From NCBI RefSeq assembly GCF_009914755.1, contig NC_060932.1: DNA of 64,000 bases; one strand, given 5' to 3'. Source of the DNA: the human T2T-CHM13v2.0 reference genome, Homo sapiens. The notes below the pieces were generated by a model, which saw only the letters and a program-made list of their open reading frames with translations, was not told the DNA's origin and made no database searches. A program made the translations under genes and the position numbers. Positions 1 to 13,440 of this stretch are shown one piece after another (within the stretch, counting starts at the first letter, position 1; each line of letters opens with the position of its first letter).

Positions 1-123
1 ACCCTGTTGACACCTTGATTTTGGACTTCTGACCTCTATAACTGTGAGATCATAAATTTCTCTTGTTTTAAACCAACCACTTTGTGGTACTTTGTTGCAG
101 AAGCCCTAGGAAATTAATACACA
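1..123 (+). mobile_element. MLT1-type MaLR LTR, 3' end
   Basis: Typical MLT1 3' end: acaccttgattttggacttct...actgtgaga...aaatttc..ttgttttaa..cac.ttgtggtactttgtt.cag.agccctaggaaattaataca. Confidence 0.75.
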
Positions 124-317
124 GGGTTTTAATCAAAATTTTTGAAAAGTCTTTGATTTTTTTAAATTTCAAATCAATTTTTCATTCATTTGTTTATTCA
201 CCAAATATTTATTGAATGACTACTATCTGGTAGGCACTAGAGATGAGATAAAGACTGGCCCCTGCCTTAATGATGTTAAAATTTTAATGGAGGAGAGTGG
301 AAATAAACAAATAAATA

Positions 318-1528
318 CAGTCATGCATTGCTTAATGACAGGAATACATTCTCAGAAGTGTCCTTAGATGATTTTGTCATTGTGCGACTGTCATAGGTTA
401 GTATAACTAACCTAGAAAGTATAGCCTACCACATGCCTAGGCTACATGGGATAGCCCATTGCAGCTAGGCTCCAAACCTGTAAAGCATATTATACTGAAT
501 ACTGTCGGCAATTGTAACACAATGGTATTTATGTATCTAAATATATCTAAACATAAAAAAGGTAAAGTAAAAATATTGCATTAAAGATTTTTAAAATGAT
601 GCTCCTGTATAGGACACATCACGAATAGAGCCTGCAGAACTGGAAGTTGCTCTGGGTGAGTCAGTGAGTGAGTGGTAAGTGAATGTGAAGGCCTAGAATA
701 TTACTGTACACTACTGTAGACTTTATAAATACTGTACACATAGGCTACACTCAATTTATTTAAAAAATTATTTCTTCAATAATAAATTAAACTTAGCTTA
801 CTGTAACTCTTTTGCTTTATAGACATAAAGTTTTAAAAATGTTTTGACTCTTTCATAATAACTATCAGCTTAAAACACACATTATGTAACTATACAAAAA
901 TATTCTTCCTTTATATTTATTCTACAAAGCTTTTTCCTATTAAAACATATGTATATTTTTAACTTTTTATAGTTTTTTGTTAAAATCTAAGACACTAACA
1001 CACACATTAGCCTAGGCCTACCCAGGGTTGGGATTATCAACATCACTGTCTTCCACCTCCACATCTTGTCCCACTGGAAGGTCTTCAGGGGCAATAATAC
1101 TCATGGAGCTATTATCATCTAAGATAAAAATGCCTTCTTCTGGAATACCTCCTTACCTCTCAAAGGACTGGCCTGAGGCTGTTTCACAGTTGACTTTTTT
1201 TTTAATAAGTACAAGAAATATACTCTAAAATAATGGTGAAAAGTAGAGTATAGCAAATACATAGAGCAGTAACATAGTCATTTATGTAAATATAAAATAT
1301 GAACTGTACATAATTGTGTGTGGTGTACTTTAATACGACTGGCAGCACAGTAGGTTTGTTTACACTGGCGTCATCGTAAACACATGAGTAATGTGTTGCA
1401 CTATGACGTTCAGACGGCTACAACATCACTAGGAGACAGAAATTTTTCAGGTCCATTAAATCTTATGGGACCACTATGGTGTATGTGGTTCATTGCTGGC
1501 TGGAACGTGGTTATGCGGCACATGACTG
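318..1528. mobile_element. Tigger3 (Golem)-family TcMar DNA transposon, non-autonomous ~1.2 kb
   Basis: TIRs cagtcatgcattgcttaatgac (318) and gtggttatgcggcacatgactg (ends 1528); TA at 316-317, TG at 1529-1530; internal sequence matches recalled Tigger3b. Confidence 0.85.
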
Positions 1529-1655
1529 TGCATGACATGACATAATATGACATAACAAGCTAGTGTTAGGTGCCATGAAGAAAAATAAAACAGGGAAGTG
1601 TATTAGAAAGTGGGATACAGAGGTCAGGGAAGCCTGCTTTAAGAAGATGGCATTG

Positions 1656-1860
1656 GGCTGGGCGCAGTGGCTCACACCTGTAATCACCAGCACTTTAAGA
1701 GGCCGAGGCCAAGGCCAGTGGATTGCTTGAGCCCAGGAGTTTTAGGCAACATGGTGAAACCTCATCTTTATGAAAAGTACAGAAATCAGCTGGTTGTGGT
1801 GGCACGCCTGGTGGACCCAGCTACTCCGGGGGAGGAGGTGGGAGGATCAACTTGGGCCCA
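1656..1860 (+). mobile_element. Alu (AluJ-like), 3'-truncated
   Basis: ggctgggcgcagtggctcacacctgtaatc...; stops mid right arm with no poly(A). Confidence 0.85.
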
Positions 1861-2087
1861 AGTCAAACTCTTAGAAACAGAAAGTAGAACAGAGTTACTA
1901 GAGGTTAGAGAAAGAGACAAATAAGAGTTAGTGTTTAATGGGTATAAAGTTTCCATGTGGAGTGATGAAAAAGTGCTGGAAATAGTGGTGAAGGTTGTAC
2001 AACACTGTGATTGTACTTAATGCCATTGAATTGAACACTTCTAAAGGACTGAAATGGTAAATTTTATGTTAGGAATATTTTACCACA
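1861..2087 (+). mobile_element. Old L1 (L1MB/MC-like) 3' UTR fragment
   Basis: agaaagtagaa...gtttaatgggtataaagtttc...gatgaaaaagt.ctgga...ggttgtacaacactgtga..gtacttaatgcc...aaatggtaaattttatgtta. Confidence 0.75.
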
Positions 2088-4610
2088 GACCATTCCCCTG
2101 GCCCACCCCAGGAGATGTAGAAAGGAAGGGCCAAATATGTTCTTTGAGAGTTCACTTCTTTGGCCCACCACTCTTATCTGAGCTCTGGAATGAGACCCCC
2201 GCGGAGGCAGGTCACCACACTGGCTTGGAAGGCACAGCCCCTCCAGTCTCCCAGTGCTCGCATTCTCACAGCATGACCATGATTTTCCTTTGCTACAGGT
2301 GCCAGAGCCTGTGATACATCTCATCACAGTTCCTATCATACTTTTTCCCTCTACTGTTTTTCCAGAAAGCCTTGAAAAAACTTTTCAGATATTCTGACAC
2401 TTACTTTCTCTTTTTATTTCAAATATTTTGAGTTGACCAAGAAAAAAGGAGTCATTCACCAAGTCGAAGTTTGTTCACTTATTATTTTCCTTGACACTTT
2501 CTATACGTGGATTCTTTAATTCAGATTGAGCCTATTGTAAGGGACATGAATGTTACCAATCATGCCTATACACTTTGTTGGCAACAATATGTCTTGAAAC
2601 TCAACTCTTGGTGTCTGTTTCCTTGATTAAAGCAATCTATCCAACCCCAGCAGACAAAATAAAATAATTGCAATGTATCTGCTGGCAATTATGATAAACC
2701 ACACAGACTACAAGCCTCTCCACAAGTAAAACTGTAGTACACACAAGGGAACAGATAAACCATAAGGCAAACAAAAAATAATACAATTTAAATGAAAGGA
2801 ATACTTTACAAGTAGAAGATTTATTTTTTTACATAAAATATCTAAAAAAAATTCTGAAACAAAGCCACAAGAAACAAATTACTTTTACTATAGACAAGTT
2901 CCAGTCACATAAAAGAGATAACTGGAAGAATTATTTTTCATAACCTATGGAGTGTTTCACCTGCCAAAGAATCCTCAGTTGACCCTCCTTCACTCCAACA
3001 GTGAGATCACACTGTTCAGACCTATAATAAATGTAGCAGTGATGAAAGTTCACGAAGAAATAGAAATAAAAAGTTTGCACATGCATGAATAAAATTTGAC
3101 CCAGTTTAAATGTCATATCCTTAGTGAAGCCTTTCCTGAACTCCTCAGCTGGAAGAAATCTCTCTTATGAAGTCCTATAGGACCATCTGTACTTCTCTTA
3201 AGGTGCCTTCCTTTCTGCATGTTGTATTATATTTCTTCATATACATATTTGGATCTCTCTGGACTCCTAAATTCAGATGTTCTCCAAAGGCCAGTGCTGA
3301 AGCCCCTTGTTTTGTCAGTCTACATTACATCCACACACACACAGAGACACACACATATCCCCCCACCAAGACCATCCTCCCCACTGCTTCACAATCTCTT
3401 GCCTCTGTGAACATGACTTCAAAATCTCTATTCTTTTTCCCAAAGTTCAGTCGCTAATTTCTGACTGCCTGCTAGATTTCTGTACCACAGTGCCCCTTTA
3501 AATCACAAGCTCACTAAGTCTACAATGGAAATGATCACCCTCCCTGCCCAACTTTATTCCTCTGATCTCCTTGTGTTAATGACAACAATACCATCCTGTT
3601 CAGTTGGGTGCAAAACTCCCCAACCATCCTCACTGCCCACATCCAATCAGTTACAAAGCCTTGCCAACTTCATTTCTGTAATATTATTGTAATTTTAACC
3701 CTTTCTACTTACCCCATCTCTCTCTGCCCCATACTTCAACTACTACTGCATCTTGTCCATCACTGTATCCACAGTATCTAGAACAGTACTTTATCTAGAG
3801 TGGAAAATCAATAAATACAAAATAAAATAATGAATGGATGAATGAATAAATTTCCCACCTCAATGCCTTTTCTCAGGCAATTCTCTTATCTTGGAATGCT
3901 CTTGTACCATATTGCCAGTATTTGCAGTATTCTTCAACATACAGCTCAAACACTTGCCCTCTATGAGGTTTTCTCACAGAGACAAATTTCATGTGTCTGT
4001 ATTAGTCAAGGTTGTTGGTTGCAAACAATAGTAGTCAACTCCGATAATTTTGAAGAAAAGAAGAGCAAAAATGATTTATTGAATTAATGTGGTGGAGACT
4101 CACAAAATGGATGGCTGAAAAGCAGGTGGGGTTATCTGTAGGCCAGACAGAAGCATCTGGCAAGGATGCCACCACCCTTATTGTTACCATATCCCACTGC
4201 TGCTGCTAGGTCTAGGAGCCAATACGATCTCTTCTTCCTGTCCTTCATCTTTCACCACTTGCTTAAGATTTGAAGTCCAGGGTGGGTACATACATTTGCT
4301 AATCCTAAGTTAAGTGCCCACAGTCAAAATGGTAGGGTTCAAGGACACGGAATATCTGACTCCTTGACTTTCATAGTAGATGGCAAGACTCTGCCTCTCC
4401 CAAAGACCCATACAATGGGAGAGTCTCTACATTTACAAAATAATTAAGTTACTGGGAAGCCAAAATAAAGCAACAAATGTCCACTGCCCTCCAGCATACA
4501 CGTCTCCACTCTTCTGCAAGATTGTAAGTCCCATGAAGGCAGAATTTGTCTGACTCATTTTTGTATTCACTGAAGTTCCTAGAAAAGCACCTTGCACTTC
4601 TCCTAGTTGA

Positions 4611-5032
<422 letters not shown>

Positions 5033-5036
5033 TCGG

Positions 5037-5084
5037 CCATTCCTTTTATGGCAAAAACCACAGTTACTTTTGCACCAACCTACT
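5037..5084. mobile_element. MADE1 (Hsmar1-derived MITE), one half
   Basis: tatggcaaaaaccacagttacttttgcaccaaccta matches the mariner MADE1 TIR. Confidence 0.7.
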
Positions 5085-5786
5085 ATTTGTCAAATAAGAA
5101 AATGAATGATGCTCCTTGTAAGCAAAGAAGCCACAGTGTTTTACATACATTAGTTTTCTCACTCACTTTTGACCAGTTTGTTAGCTGTTTTTTGCTGTAG
5201 CACTTAATACAATTATGAACCCATTTAAAACTAATAAAACACTCAAATTCTGTTATTGAAAGGGAAATCTTCAGTTCCCCCACTTAACCATACACCTTTA
5301 TTTTCTGTTCTCAGTTCCTGGGGCTAAGAAACCCTACTTTATAATTTTTCTCAATCAAATTTCCATTTAATTACTCAAAATAGCTAAGAATAAAAACTTC
5401 AATCTATTTCTTAAACTATACTGTGCCTCATTTAATTTCTCACTTCTTGTTATAAGCATTGCTTTCTTCTTGCTGAAAGTTCATGCACCGCGTCGCTCCT
5501 TTAAACCTCAAACTCACTAAGTCTAAAATGGAAATGGTTTTTTATCATATCTATTTTGTTTGAAAGTTTTTTAGTTTAAGCTACTCCATAGCACCTTCAA
5601 ATTTTCAGACTGATCACATTTCTGATGTCTGCTTTACATTTTTGTCTTCTCTAACACCTCCTTTGATCTTTATGGGCAGCAACCATTTCCTGGGTTCACT
5701 GAGTACCCAACACACAAGTAATATTTGTCAAACAAACTGATTAATAAGAAATGAGAAGTAGTACAGCTTAAGAAATTACAGGGATG

Positions 5787-6290
5787 CAAAGGATTATAAA
5801 TCATGCTGCTGTAAAGACACATGCACACGTATGTTTACTGCGGCACTATTCACAATAGCAAACACTTGGAACCAACCCAAATGTCCATCAATGATAAACT
5901 GGATTAAGAAAATGTGGCACATATATACCATGGAATACTATGCAGCCATAAAAGAAGGATGAGTTCATGTCCTTTGTAGGGACATGGATGAAGTTGGAAA
6001 CCATCATTCTGAGCAAACTATCGCAAGGACAAAAAACCAAACACCACATGTTCTCACTCATAAGTAGGAATTGAACAGTGAGAACACTTGGACACAGAAA
6101 GGGGAACATCGCACACCGGGGCCTGTCGTGGGGTGGGGGGAGAGGGGAGGGATAGCATTAGGAGATATACCTAGTGTAAATGACGAGTTAATGGATGCAG
6201 CACACCAACATGGCACATGTATACATATGTAACAAACCTGCACATTGTGCACATGTACCCTAGAACTTAAAGTATAATAATAAGAAAAAA
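5787..6290 (+). mobile_element. 5'-truncated primate L1PA 3' end with TSD
   Basis: L1PA 3' UTR ending gtaccctagaacttaaagtataat plus A-tail; perfect TSD agaaattacagggatg at 5771-5786 and 6291-6306. Confidence 0.93.
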
Positions 6291-7714
6291 AGAAATTACA
6301 GGGATGTCTGACTCAAGCACATAAATGGTAGCAATTATATTCATACTATCATTATTAATACAATGTGGTTCAGGGGTTCTCAAAGTGTGGTTCATAGACT
6401 CTAGGGTGTCCTAGAGACTCTTTCAGAAGGTCTGAAAGATCAAAACTCTTTCCTAAGAATACAAAGGCATTATTTGCCCTTTACACTGTGTTGACATTTG
6501 CAATGATGGTATGAAAGAAAGGGTAAAACTGCTGGTTCTTAGCACAGAGTAAACTGTGCTACTAGTCATTTCATTCTTCACTGCTATGTACTCACATTTC
6601 AGAAATGCCAGTTTTAGCTTACAAATGTCCTTGAAGTAAAGATTATTAGTTTTATGATATGTCAACCCTTGAGTCCACATCTTCTTAATATTCTGTGGGA
6701 TGAAATGAGAAGTGTGTGTATAGCACTTATGCTGCTCGATGCTTCTCTCAAGGAAAACACTTGTGCCATTGTTTGTACTGGGAACTGAAGCAGCTGCTTT
6801 TTTCATGAAATACCATTTTACCTGAAACAATGACTGACAGACAAATTAGGGTTATTAAGTCTTTGGTATTTAACAGACATTTTCTCTAAAAGGGATACAA
6901 CTTTACCTCAAGGTAAACAACTGACAGGATTTGTCATCAATGACAAAGTCCAAACTTTCAAGTGAATATTAGAATTTTGGAAAATATTATCTACTACCAT
7001 GAGTTTAATTCTTAATGTATTTCTGATGAGATCAATGGTGATTTTAATGAATATAATTTTTTATATTGTGTAATAAAATGTGCCAACATTTGGAAAATCT
7101 GCATAACAAAATGAAACAATATTTTTTAAATGATGAATGTATAATTTGCAAAAGTATGCAATGACAAAAAGATACATTCAGAACTCAAGACAGCCCAGTG
7201 GATTTTAATGTAACAGAGTAAGAAAAAAACATTTGTAGTAAAGTTTCAGATTTTACACTGCAACAAACCTGTAATAAACTACCATTTGTGAAGTTTGGGT
7301 GTTGTATCAAAGAATATCCACAATTATATGAAAAGCCTATTAAAATAATACCCCCTTTTCCAACTGCGTATGTAAGTGAGTTAGATTTTCTTCACATAAG
7401 TCAACCAAAACAATATATTGCAACAATTTGAATGCAGAAACAGATATGTATATTTAGCTGTCTTCTATTAAATCAGATATTAAGGGTATTTGCAAAAATG
7501 TAAAACATTGCAACTCCTTTCACTGTTTTTTTTGTTCTGTTTTGGAAAATACAGTTTTTTTTTTTTTTACAAAAGCGTTATTTATGTTAACATGTAATAG
7601 ATTTATTATAGTTATTTTAAAATAAATACTTTAAAAATTTAAATTTATAATATGATAAATATTGATAGATATAACTCACATAAATGAGAGCTCTTTGAGA
7701 TCCACAATATTTTT

Positions 7715-9790
7715 TTGTTATTCAATATGACCTTTTTATTACTCTTTTAAAAATTCATAGACTTTATTTTTTTAGAGCACTTTTAGGTGTATAGAAAAAT
7801 TAAGCAGGAAGTAGAGTTTCCATAAAACTCCTCATTCCTACACACACACACCCACACACACACACCCCAATGCTGCCCCCCAACAATTTCCTGTATTATT
7901 AACATGTTGCATTAATGCAGTATGTTTGTTATAATTGATGAACCAATACTGATACAATATTATTAACCAAAGTCCACACTTTACATTAAGGTTCACTCTT
8001 TCTATCAAAACCCATTCTATGGGTTTTGACAAATATATAATGACATGTGGCCACCATTATAATATTATACACACTAGCTTCACTGCCCTAAACATTTCCT
8101 GTCTTCTACTTACTCATTCTTCCCTCCCTCCCCTTGAACTCCTGGCAACCACCGGTCCTTTTACTGTCTTACCTAGTTTTGCCTTCTCTAGAATGTCACA
8201 TTGGAATCATATAGTATCATATAGTAATCATATAGCCTTTTCAGATTGGCTTCTTTTGCTTAGCAATATGCATTTAAGGTTTCTCCCTGTTTTTTTTCTA
8301 GCTTTTTGCAGTGAATTATATGCCATTGTATGAATGTTTCATGTTTGTTTATTCATTCACCTATTGATGGACATCTTGGGTGATTTCAAGTTTTGGCAAT
8401 TATGAATAAAGCTGCTATAAACATTCATGTGCAGGTTTTTTGTGGACATATGTTTTCAACTCATTGGGGTAAATTCCAAGGAGCACCATTGTTGGATTGT
8501 ATCGTAAGAGTGTGTTTAGTTTTTAAGAAATTGCCAAATTGTCTGCCAAAGTGGCTGTACCATTTTGCATTTCCATTCACAATGAATGAAAGTTCTTGTT
8601 GCTTCACATTCTTGCCAGTATTTGGTGTTGTCAGTGTTCTGGAGTTTAGCCACTCTAACAGGTATGTAATGGTATCTCATTGTTGTTTTAATTTGCAATT
8701 TCCTTATGACATATTATATGGAATATCTTTTCATATGCTTATTTGCCATCTGTATATTTTGTTTGATGAGGTGTGCAGGCCTTTTGCCCATTTTTAATTG
8801 GGTTCTTTGTTTTCTTATTGTTGAGTTTTAAGAGTTCTTATATATTTCTTGGATACCAATCCTATATCAGAATGTGTTTTATAAAGATTTTCTTCCAGTC
8901 TGTGGCTTGTCTTTTCATTCTCTGAATATTGGCTTTTACAGAGAAGAAGGTTTTTTCATTTTAAAGAAGTCCAGCTTACCTTCTTTTCTTTCATCAACCA
9001 TGCATTTGGTGTTGTGTCTAAAAAGTGATTACCAGCTCAAATTAACTTAGATTTTCTTCTTTGCTATCTTCTAGGACTTTTATAATTTTGCATTTAGCTC
9101 TACAATCAATGTTAATTTTTATGAAGGGTGTCTAGATTCTTTTTTTTTTTTTTTTTTTTTTTTTTTTGCATGTGGATGTCCTGTTCTAGCATCATTTGCT
9201 GAAAAGACTATCTTTTCTCCATTGTATTGCCTTTGCTCTTTTGTCAAAGATCAGTTGACTATATTTGTATGAGTCTATTTCCAGACTCTATATTCTGTTC
9301 CATTGATGTGTTTGTCTGTTCTTTTAACAATACCATACTGTCTTGATTATTGTAGCTTTGTAGTAAGTCTTAATGTCTGGTAGTGTCAGTTCTCTGACTT
9401 TATTTTTCTTCTTCAATGTATTGGCTATTTTGTCTTTTGCCTTTCTCTATCAAACATCTTAAAATAAGTTTGTTGATGTTCACAAACTACACTTGCTGAG
9501 CTTTTTAGTAGCATTGCATTGAGGCTATAGATCAAGTTGGGAAGAAATGATATTTTAACAATATTGAGTCTTCTTCCATGCACATGGAATATCTCTCCAT
9601 TTACCTAGGTCTTTTTGGACTTCTTATCCAAGTTTCATAGCTTTTGTCATATAAATCTTGAACATATTTTATTTAGATTTATACCAAAGTATTTCCTTGT
9701 TTTTGGTGCTAATATAAATGGTATTGTGTTATTAATTTCAAATTCCAATTGTTCATTACTAATAATTGAACATAACCTTTTAATTTGACT
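7715..9790 (-). mobile_element. L1MC-like 3' region (ORF2 C-terminal part plus 3' UTR)
   Basis: Minus-strand ORF 8516-8698 MQIKTTMRYHYIPVRVAK...W.CKMVQPLW is the L1 ORF2 C-terminus; L1MC-type 3' UTR. Confidence 0.85.
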
Positions 9791-9843
9791 TTTATTTCTT
9801 CTTCTGCAGAATTTCTTCGTTTCCTCTTAAATAATTTTTTTAA

Positions 9844-10143
<300 letters not shown>

Positions 10144-10681
10144 CCCCCCTTAAATAATTTTTAAGAGTGTAAAGGAGTCTTAAGGTCACAATGTTTGTGA
10201 ACAGTAGTGTGTTTTGGAATGAGCATGGTCTTTGGAGCCATGTGGAATAAACTAGTTTTCAATTCTATCTTTAACACTTATTTTCTCTATTGCTATAGGG
10301 ACCTTGTTCAGGTTTTCTTTGTCTCAGTTTACCTGTGGGCAAAATGTGGTAATAAAAAATAACTACTACAGAGGGCTGTCTTTAGGATAAAAGTGATAAA
10401 ATCTGGAGTGTGTTTGACACATAAAAGGAACACAATTAATAGTAACTATTGATATTTATATTGTTTTGACCCAGTCATTTTATACTGGAGAATAAACCTC
10501 AAGAAAATAACTTCAAAGGTGGTATTGGGCTGAAAGACATTTTATAAAAAGTGTTTATATCAGCATTCTAAATAATAGTAGCAACATATCCGGCTACCAT
10601 ATTTTGACATTTTAGAATCCAATTATGACCATAAGAAACCCATAAGGCCTGTGTTACAAACCAAACGTTTTTTTCTTCAAG

Positions 10682-10774
10682 GAAAGAATTGTTGTATTAC
10701 TGATAAGAGTCGTTAAAGTGATTATGGCGAATCATCACCTTTCACCTTAAATTCCGGCAAAGCAATGAAGATCG
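10682..10774 (+). pseudogene. Candidate first coding exon of a disabled multi-exon gene
   Basis: Acceptor ttttttttcttcaag|, donor |gtatgc, 93 nt; Kozak attATGg at 10724; reads MANHHLSP*IPAKQ*RS; locally CpG-enriched unique DNA. Confidence 0.45.
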
Positions 10775-10910
10775 GTATGCTGTAGACGCTGCCTTTCAAA
10801 ATGGAAACTTCTAGAAATGGCACAGCAAAATTCTCAAGAGAAATTCCCTCTCTACCCGTGGAAGTTCATTCCAACTGCTGATTTGCCAGACCCAGGTTTT
10901 AGTGGCCTTC

Positions 10911-11297
10911 TGAAAGATTCTCCCCGGAGCCTGAAAGCTTACGGGAATGAATAACTCCTCCCTCCTCAGGCCCAGTCCCAAGGCACAAGGCCACTTGTAC
11001 CAGCAGTGTGCATCAGTAAGATAGTAGAAGCAGGAAGAGAGCTGGCCAGAAGACACATACCCCTGAAGATCGAGGCGGAGGCCATCTGAGTACTATGCAG
11101 CAGTCACATCAGACTGGGACACTTCCTGTTTACAGAGGACTATAAAATCCCTGCCCCATCCTCATTTGGGGCTGACGCCATTTTAGGTCTCAGCCCATCT
11201 TCACCTAGGCACTTATTAAAACAGCGTGTTGCTCCACACCCGCTGGTGTTGTCTGTTGGTGGGCTCTCAGGGTTTGAACCAATACAAGAGTCTTTCA
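10911..11297 (+). promoter_or_regulatory. 5' LTR (MER48-like)
   Basis: tgaaagattctcccc...tctttca; TATAAAA 11141-11147, ATTAAA 11215-11220, ETS-like acttcctg, YY1-like cgccatttt. Confidence 0.9.
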
Positions 11298-11299
11298 TC

Positions 11300-11317
11300 T
11301 GGTGCCGAAACTCAGTA
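11300..11317 (+). other. Primer-binding site complementary to tRNA-Phe
   Basis: tggtgccgaaactcag versus canonical TGGTGCCGAAACCCGGGA, 2 nt after the LTR end. Confidence 0.85.
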
Positions 11318-11664
11318 GAGGCTTTGGTCCATGTCCCCCAGGGACCTACCCCTTCACCTGGGAGAGCAGGCCATAGCAGCCAGGCAAAGGAAGCTCTGCA
11401 GCCTCCAGCGGGCCTCTCTGTGCACGCACATCGGTCACTGATATCACCTACTGGTTTCTCTGGTCCAAAAATCCAACGTTGGTCCAAGAAGACTCCAGAG
11501 CGTGCCAGGCACTCGCTGATCATCTGGTCTTAGGGGGACGCCTCTAAGCCATTTGATCCCATTCCGGCAACGAAAAAGGCAGCAGTGACAATCGCTCCTT
11601 TTATTGTCTCCCTCTGGCTGTCCAGGACGGCCTCCTTTTTCCTGTTCTCTGGAGCCTACCCGCT

Positions 11665-13440
11665 ATGGGAAATTCCCAGTCTTCTATTCCAAAGGACAGC
11701 CCTCTAGGCTGCCTCATAAAAACCTGCAAACCTTAGGCCTCAGGCAAGATATCCACTCTAAGCGCCTTGTCTTTTTTTGCAATTCAGTCTGGCCACAGTA
11801 CGGGTCCAAATGGTTCGCAAATGGAACATTCAACTTTATAATTTTAACTGACTTAAGCAATTATTGTTGACGACTGGAAAAATGGGGAGAAATTCCTTAT
11901 GTCCAGGCCTTTTTGCACTCAGATCACAACCCGACCTCTGCAATTATTGCTCACCTATTCAAATCCTTCTCCATTCTCGCTGCGCAGATCACCTTTCTCC
12001 TCCCCACACCACCTCTTTTTCCTCATTAGATCCAGTAGACTGCTGTCCACCTCTCCCAGCCCCTACCTCTCCCTCTCAACCGTCTTTTTTAATCCAAGCC
12101 TCCTCTTTATCTTCTCAGCTGTGATCTTCTCAGCCACCATCTTCCCAGCCGCCATCTTCCCAGTAAGCAGTATTAACTTCTTTTCCTACACTGTCCCCTC
12201 TTCAGGACAATTCTAGTATTGCCTGTACCCATTCTCCTCCCCCACCGCCCTCTCCTAAGGCTTGTAAACCCATCCTGCCACCTTACGCCCCTATCCTCCA
12301 CTGCCTGTTAACTCAAACCCTCTTCCCCCTTCAAACCCTCAGCAGGAACCACTTCCATGTTCTTCCTTCTCTCCTGCCCATACTCGCTCAGGCGCCATCT
12401 TCGGCCCATGGCCCACCCTTACTTCAGCATCTGTGCTAGAGTGCCCCCTTCAGGAAGTAGCAGGAACTGACGGTATTGTTAGCGTTCATGTTCCCTTCTC
12501 CCTCACTGATTTCTCTCAAATTAACAAAAGACTTGGTTCATTTCCAGAAGACCCTACCTTTTATATTAGAGAGTTTCAATACCTCACCCAGTCTTATGAA
12601 CAAACTTGGCATGACCTCTACGTTATCCTCTCTTCCACCCTCACCCCAGAACACCAGGACCATATCTGGACCCTAGCTCAGGCACATGCTGATACAATTC
12701 ATCACCAAGCTCCTGTCCGGCCTACTGGTGCAGAGGTAGTCCCTAACGAGGACCCCCACTGGGATTATCAAGACGGGTCCCCTGGACACCACCATCAAGA
12801 CCACATGATTGTGTGTCTCCTTGCAGGACTCAAAAAGGGTGCCCTAAAGCAGTCAACTATGAAAAACTTTCAGAAATCACCCAAGGTCCCGACAAGAACC
12901 CAGCCCTTTTTCTCTCTCATTTAACTGAAGCCATGAGAAAGTATACCAACCTAGAGCCAGCCAGCCAGCCCAGAAGGAACCACTACCTTAAACCTTCGGT
13001 TCATCTCCCAATCCATTCCCAATATTCGGCGCAAGCTTCAGAAGCTTGACGACTGCCCTCAAACCCCACAATGAGACCTTCTTAATTTAGCCTTCAAAGT
13101 CTTCAACAATCATGATGAAGAAAGCAAAAGGCAAAAACAGGCAGAGTTTCAAATGCTTGCCTCCGCCATCAGGGGCCCTGCAGGCTCACAGGGCTGCAGC
13201 TCCACACAGAAGCCTCCTAGACATCCACCTCCACCTGGCGCCTGTTTCAAGTGCGGCAATGAAGGCCACTGGTCCAGACAATGCCCAAACCCAGGTAAGC
13301 CCACCAGGCCGTGCCCCCTCTACAGAAGACCCCACTGGAAGTCAGACTGTGGGTGGCCCCCACAAGGACCGCCCCCATCCCTTCCTGAGCCAGCCAAATC
13401 CTCCTACTCAGATCTCATCAGCCTTGCCACTGAAGACTGA
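11665..13440 (+). pseudogene. gag: ERV gag (frameshifted, with stops)
   Basis: MGNSQS myristoylation start at 11665; CA segment VHVPFSLTDFSQI...; NC knuckle [14 protein letters not shown]; ends ATED-TGA. Confidence 0.88.
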
